Shown here one piece after another: positions 35,195-36,795 of a stretch of 36,795 bases of DNA. Under the pieces are notes generated by a model. That model was not told where the DNA came from. It worked only from the letters and a program-made list of their open reading frames with translations, and did no database searches. Where the stretch lies: assembly GCF_001194135.2 (NCBI RefSeq), contig NC_068987.1, positions 63,323,759 to 63,360,553 on the forward strand. The letters run 5' to 3'. Position 1 is the first letter of the stretch, and the number at the start of each line of letters is the position of its first letter. This DNA comes from Octopus bimaculoides. Lineage: Eukaryota. A program made the position numbers and the translations under genes.

Positions 35195-35216
35195 GTTGTT
35201 GTTGTTATTATTATTA

Positions 35217-35287
<71 letters not shown>
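35136..35287. repeat. (TTA/TAA)n microsatellite with a short (TTG)n interruption
   Basis: Direct reading. Confidence 0.95.
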
Positions 35288-35290
<3 letters not shown>

Positions 35291-36384
35291 TTGTCTATCA
35301 CGTGCTTTCACTGCACTACCGAGCGCAGTTCTGTGTGCCTTGCTCATCCTTCCTAAAGGTTACTATATCTAGCCTTCAGTCCTCTAACACCCTGTCTGTC
35401 TGGAAGTCAAAGTTCCAGAGGATTTTTGCCTTCCCCCTTTCGTCCATTACCTTCTCCGGTGTATGTTGGTACCAAGCAGCCGTTACCTCGTATCCATACT
35501 TGCGGCATAGTAACCAGTGAAGGTTTTGGGCTACCTTGTCGTGTCTGTGTTTGTACTCTTTCTGCGCAAGACTTTCACAAGCACCAACAATGTGAGTCAC
35601 GTTTTCGACCCTCTTCTCACACATTCTGCAGAGGCTCGTTGCACGTGTGTGGTATATCTCCTTTTTCACTGAGTTGGTATTCAATGCCTGGTCCTAGACA
35701 GTGATGATTAGGCTTTAAGTATTCTTTTTTAGGCCACTCTTGCTGAGCCACCTCCATGATGCTTCCTGGTCTTTTAATTTGTTAGTTTCACGGTGGAACT
35801 TATCATATAATTCCATGCAAAGTAGAGTTTCTTCTCTCTTGTTAGTGTGATCGGAATTCATGAGCACTCTCTCGTCCATTTTTGGTAAACCCTTCTGTAT
35901 TAGCAGCATACTGTAGCAAGCCTTGTTTGCTATTTACCAAATATTTTGCTATGTTTCTTCTTTCACTGTTGATGCACTTCCGTACGCTAATCAGCCCACG
36001 TCCACCTTTACCTCTCTTCATGTAGAACATGTGTACATTAGCCTTAGGGTGAAGGGCACTATGCATTGTAATTGTCTTTCGGGTGGTGTGATCGAGTTGG
36101 TCAATCTCCACTTGTGTCCATTTCAGGATGGGTGCACTATAGCGGGCTACAGCAACAGCCCATATGTTGATGGCAGTCATAAGGTTCCTTGAGTTCAGTT
36201 TTGATTTCAAGAGTAGTTTGAAGCGCTTGAAATATGCAGTGATGACCTTGTCTTTTATTTCTCTGTGCAAGATATTGTCCAGCTCCAGGATCCCAAGGTA
36301 CTTGTACTCAATATCATCAGGGTCTTCCACTCTCTCTCTGTTTGGCAATTCTATGCCTCGACAATCTACTGTTTCCACCCGTTA
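35288..36384 (-). mobile_element. R4/Dong-like non-LTR retrotransposon (RLE type), 5'-truncated and internally deleted
   Basis: YKYLGI, KLNSRNLMTAINIWAVAV, HP...YMKRGKGGRGL, zinc knuckle CRMCEKRVENVTHIVGAC, RHD, ILWNFDFQTD..(P)DIV-like RLDIV; TAA repeats at both ends. Confidence 0.9.
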
Positions 36385-36406
36385 AAATAATTATTATTAT
36401 TATTTG

Positions 36407-36585
36407 GGCGGCGAGCTGACAGAATCGTTAGCACGCTGGGCAAAATGCTTAGCAGCATTTCGTCAGTCCTTACATTCTGAGTTCAAATTCCGCCATGGTC
36501 GACTTTGCTTTTTATCCTTTCGGGGTTTATAAAATAAGTACCACTCGACTTATCTCCTCTCCGGAATTGCTGGCCTTGGGCCGAA
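36407..36585 (+). mobile_element. tRNA-derived SINE, family A
   Basis: GGCGGCGAGCTGACAGAATCGTTAGCACGC...GAGTTCAAATTCCGCC; lies between two ATT tracts. Confidence 0.9.

Positions 36586-36654
<69 letters not shown>
36586..36654. repeat. (ATT)23 microsatellite
   Basis: Direct reading. Confidence 0.95.
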
Positions 36655-36795
36655 TTATGTTTGACTTTTGTTTTGCATTTGTACAAGTTGGATCCAAGTC
36701 TCACCCAGAGACCTCAAGAGACAACAAGTTAGAAGTTCGTGTAGGTGTTATGCCTAGGGTACCATATATTTGGATTTGTACAGTTTTGTTTTAGT
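36655..36795 (-). mobile_element. Probable 3' UTR of a second (TAA)n-terminated non-LTR element, continuing beyond the window
   Basis: Minus strand ...GAGGTCTCTGGGTGAGACTTGGATCCAACTTGTACAAATGCAAAACAAAAGTCAAACA(TAA)n; resembles R4/Dong-type 3' ends as I recall them, but the coding part is outside the window. Confidence 0.5.

Noticed and set aside
35116-35520. Poly-Y/L/I/N ORFs
   Set aside because: Translations of the (TTA)n tract.

Overview
AT-rich, microsatellite-dense animal genomic DNA from a gapped draft assembly (10 N-runs). The repeat repertoire most resembles an octopus/coleoid cephalopod genome; that assignment is inference from recalled SINE and LINE families, not a database hit. I find no intact, recognisable host protein-coding gene, and most long ORFs in the track are N-gap or microsatellite artefacts. 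The window is mainly decayed transposons: a full-length dead mariner (3170-4412), a maT/DD37D-type remnant, a Tigger/pogo element with a non-autonomous Helitron nested in it, two RTE LINEs, a CR1 3' end, two Penelope-like fragments, R4/Dong-like RLE retrotransposons in (TAA)n tracts, about 15 tRNA-derived SINE copies from several families, a mariner MITE and a TTAA-flanked Kolobok-like element. The best leads are a (TAA)n-targeted retroelement cluster, a degenerate Penelope-type hammerhead ribozyme motif, several long inverted repeats, an RTE ORF2 ending in three C2H2 fingers, a 407-bp duplication with a codon-conserved frame, and a Ser/Gly/Ala-rich ORF with a good start context. None is a demonstrated new biological system.
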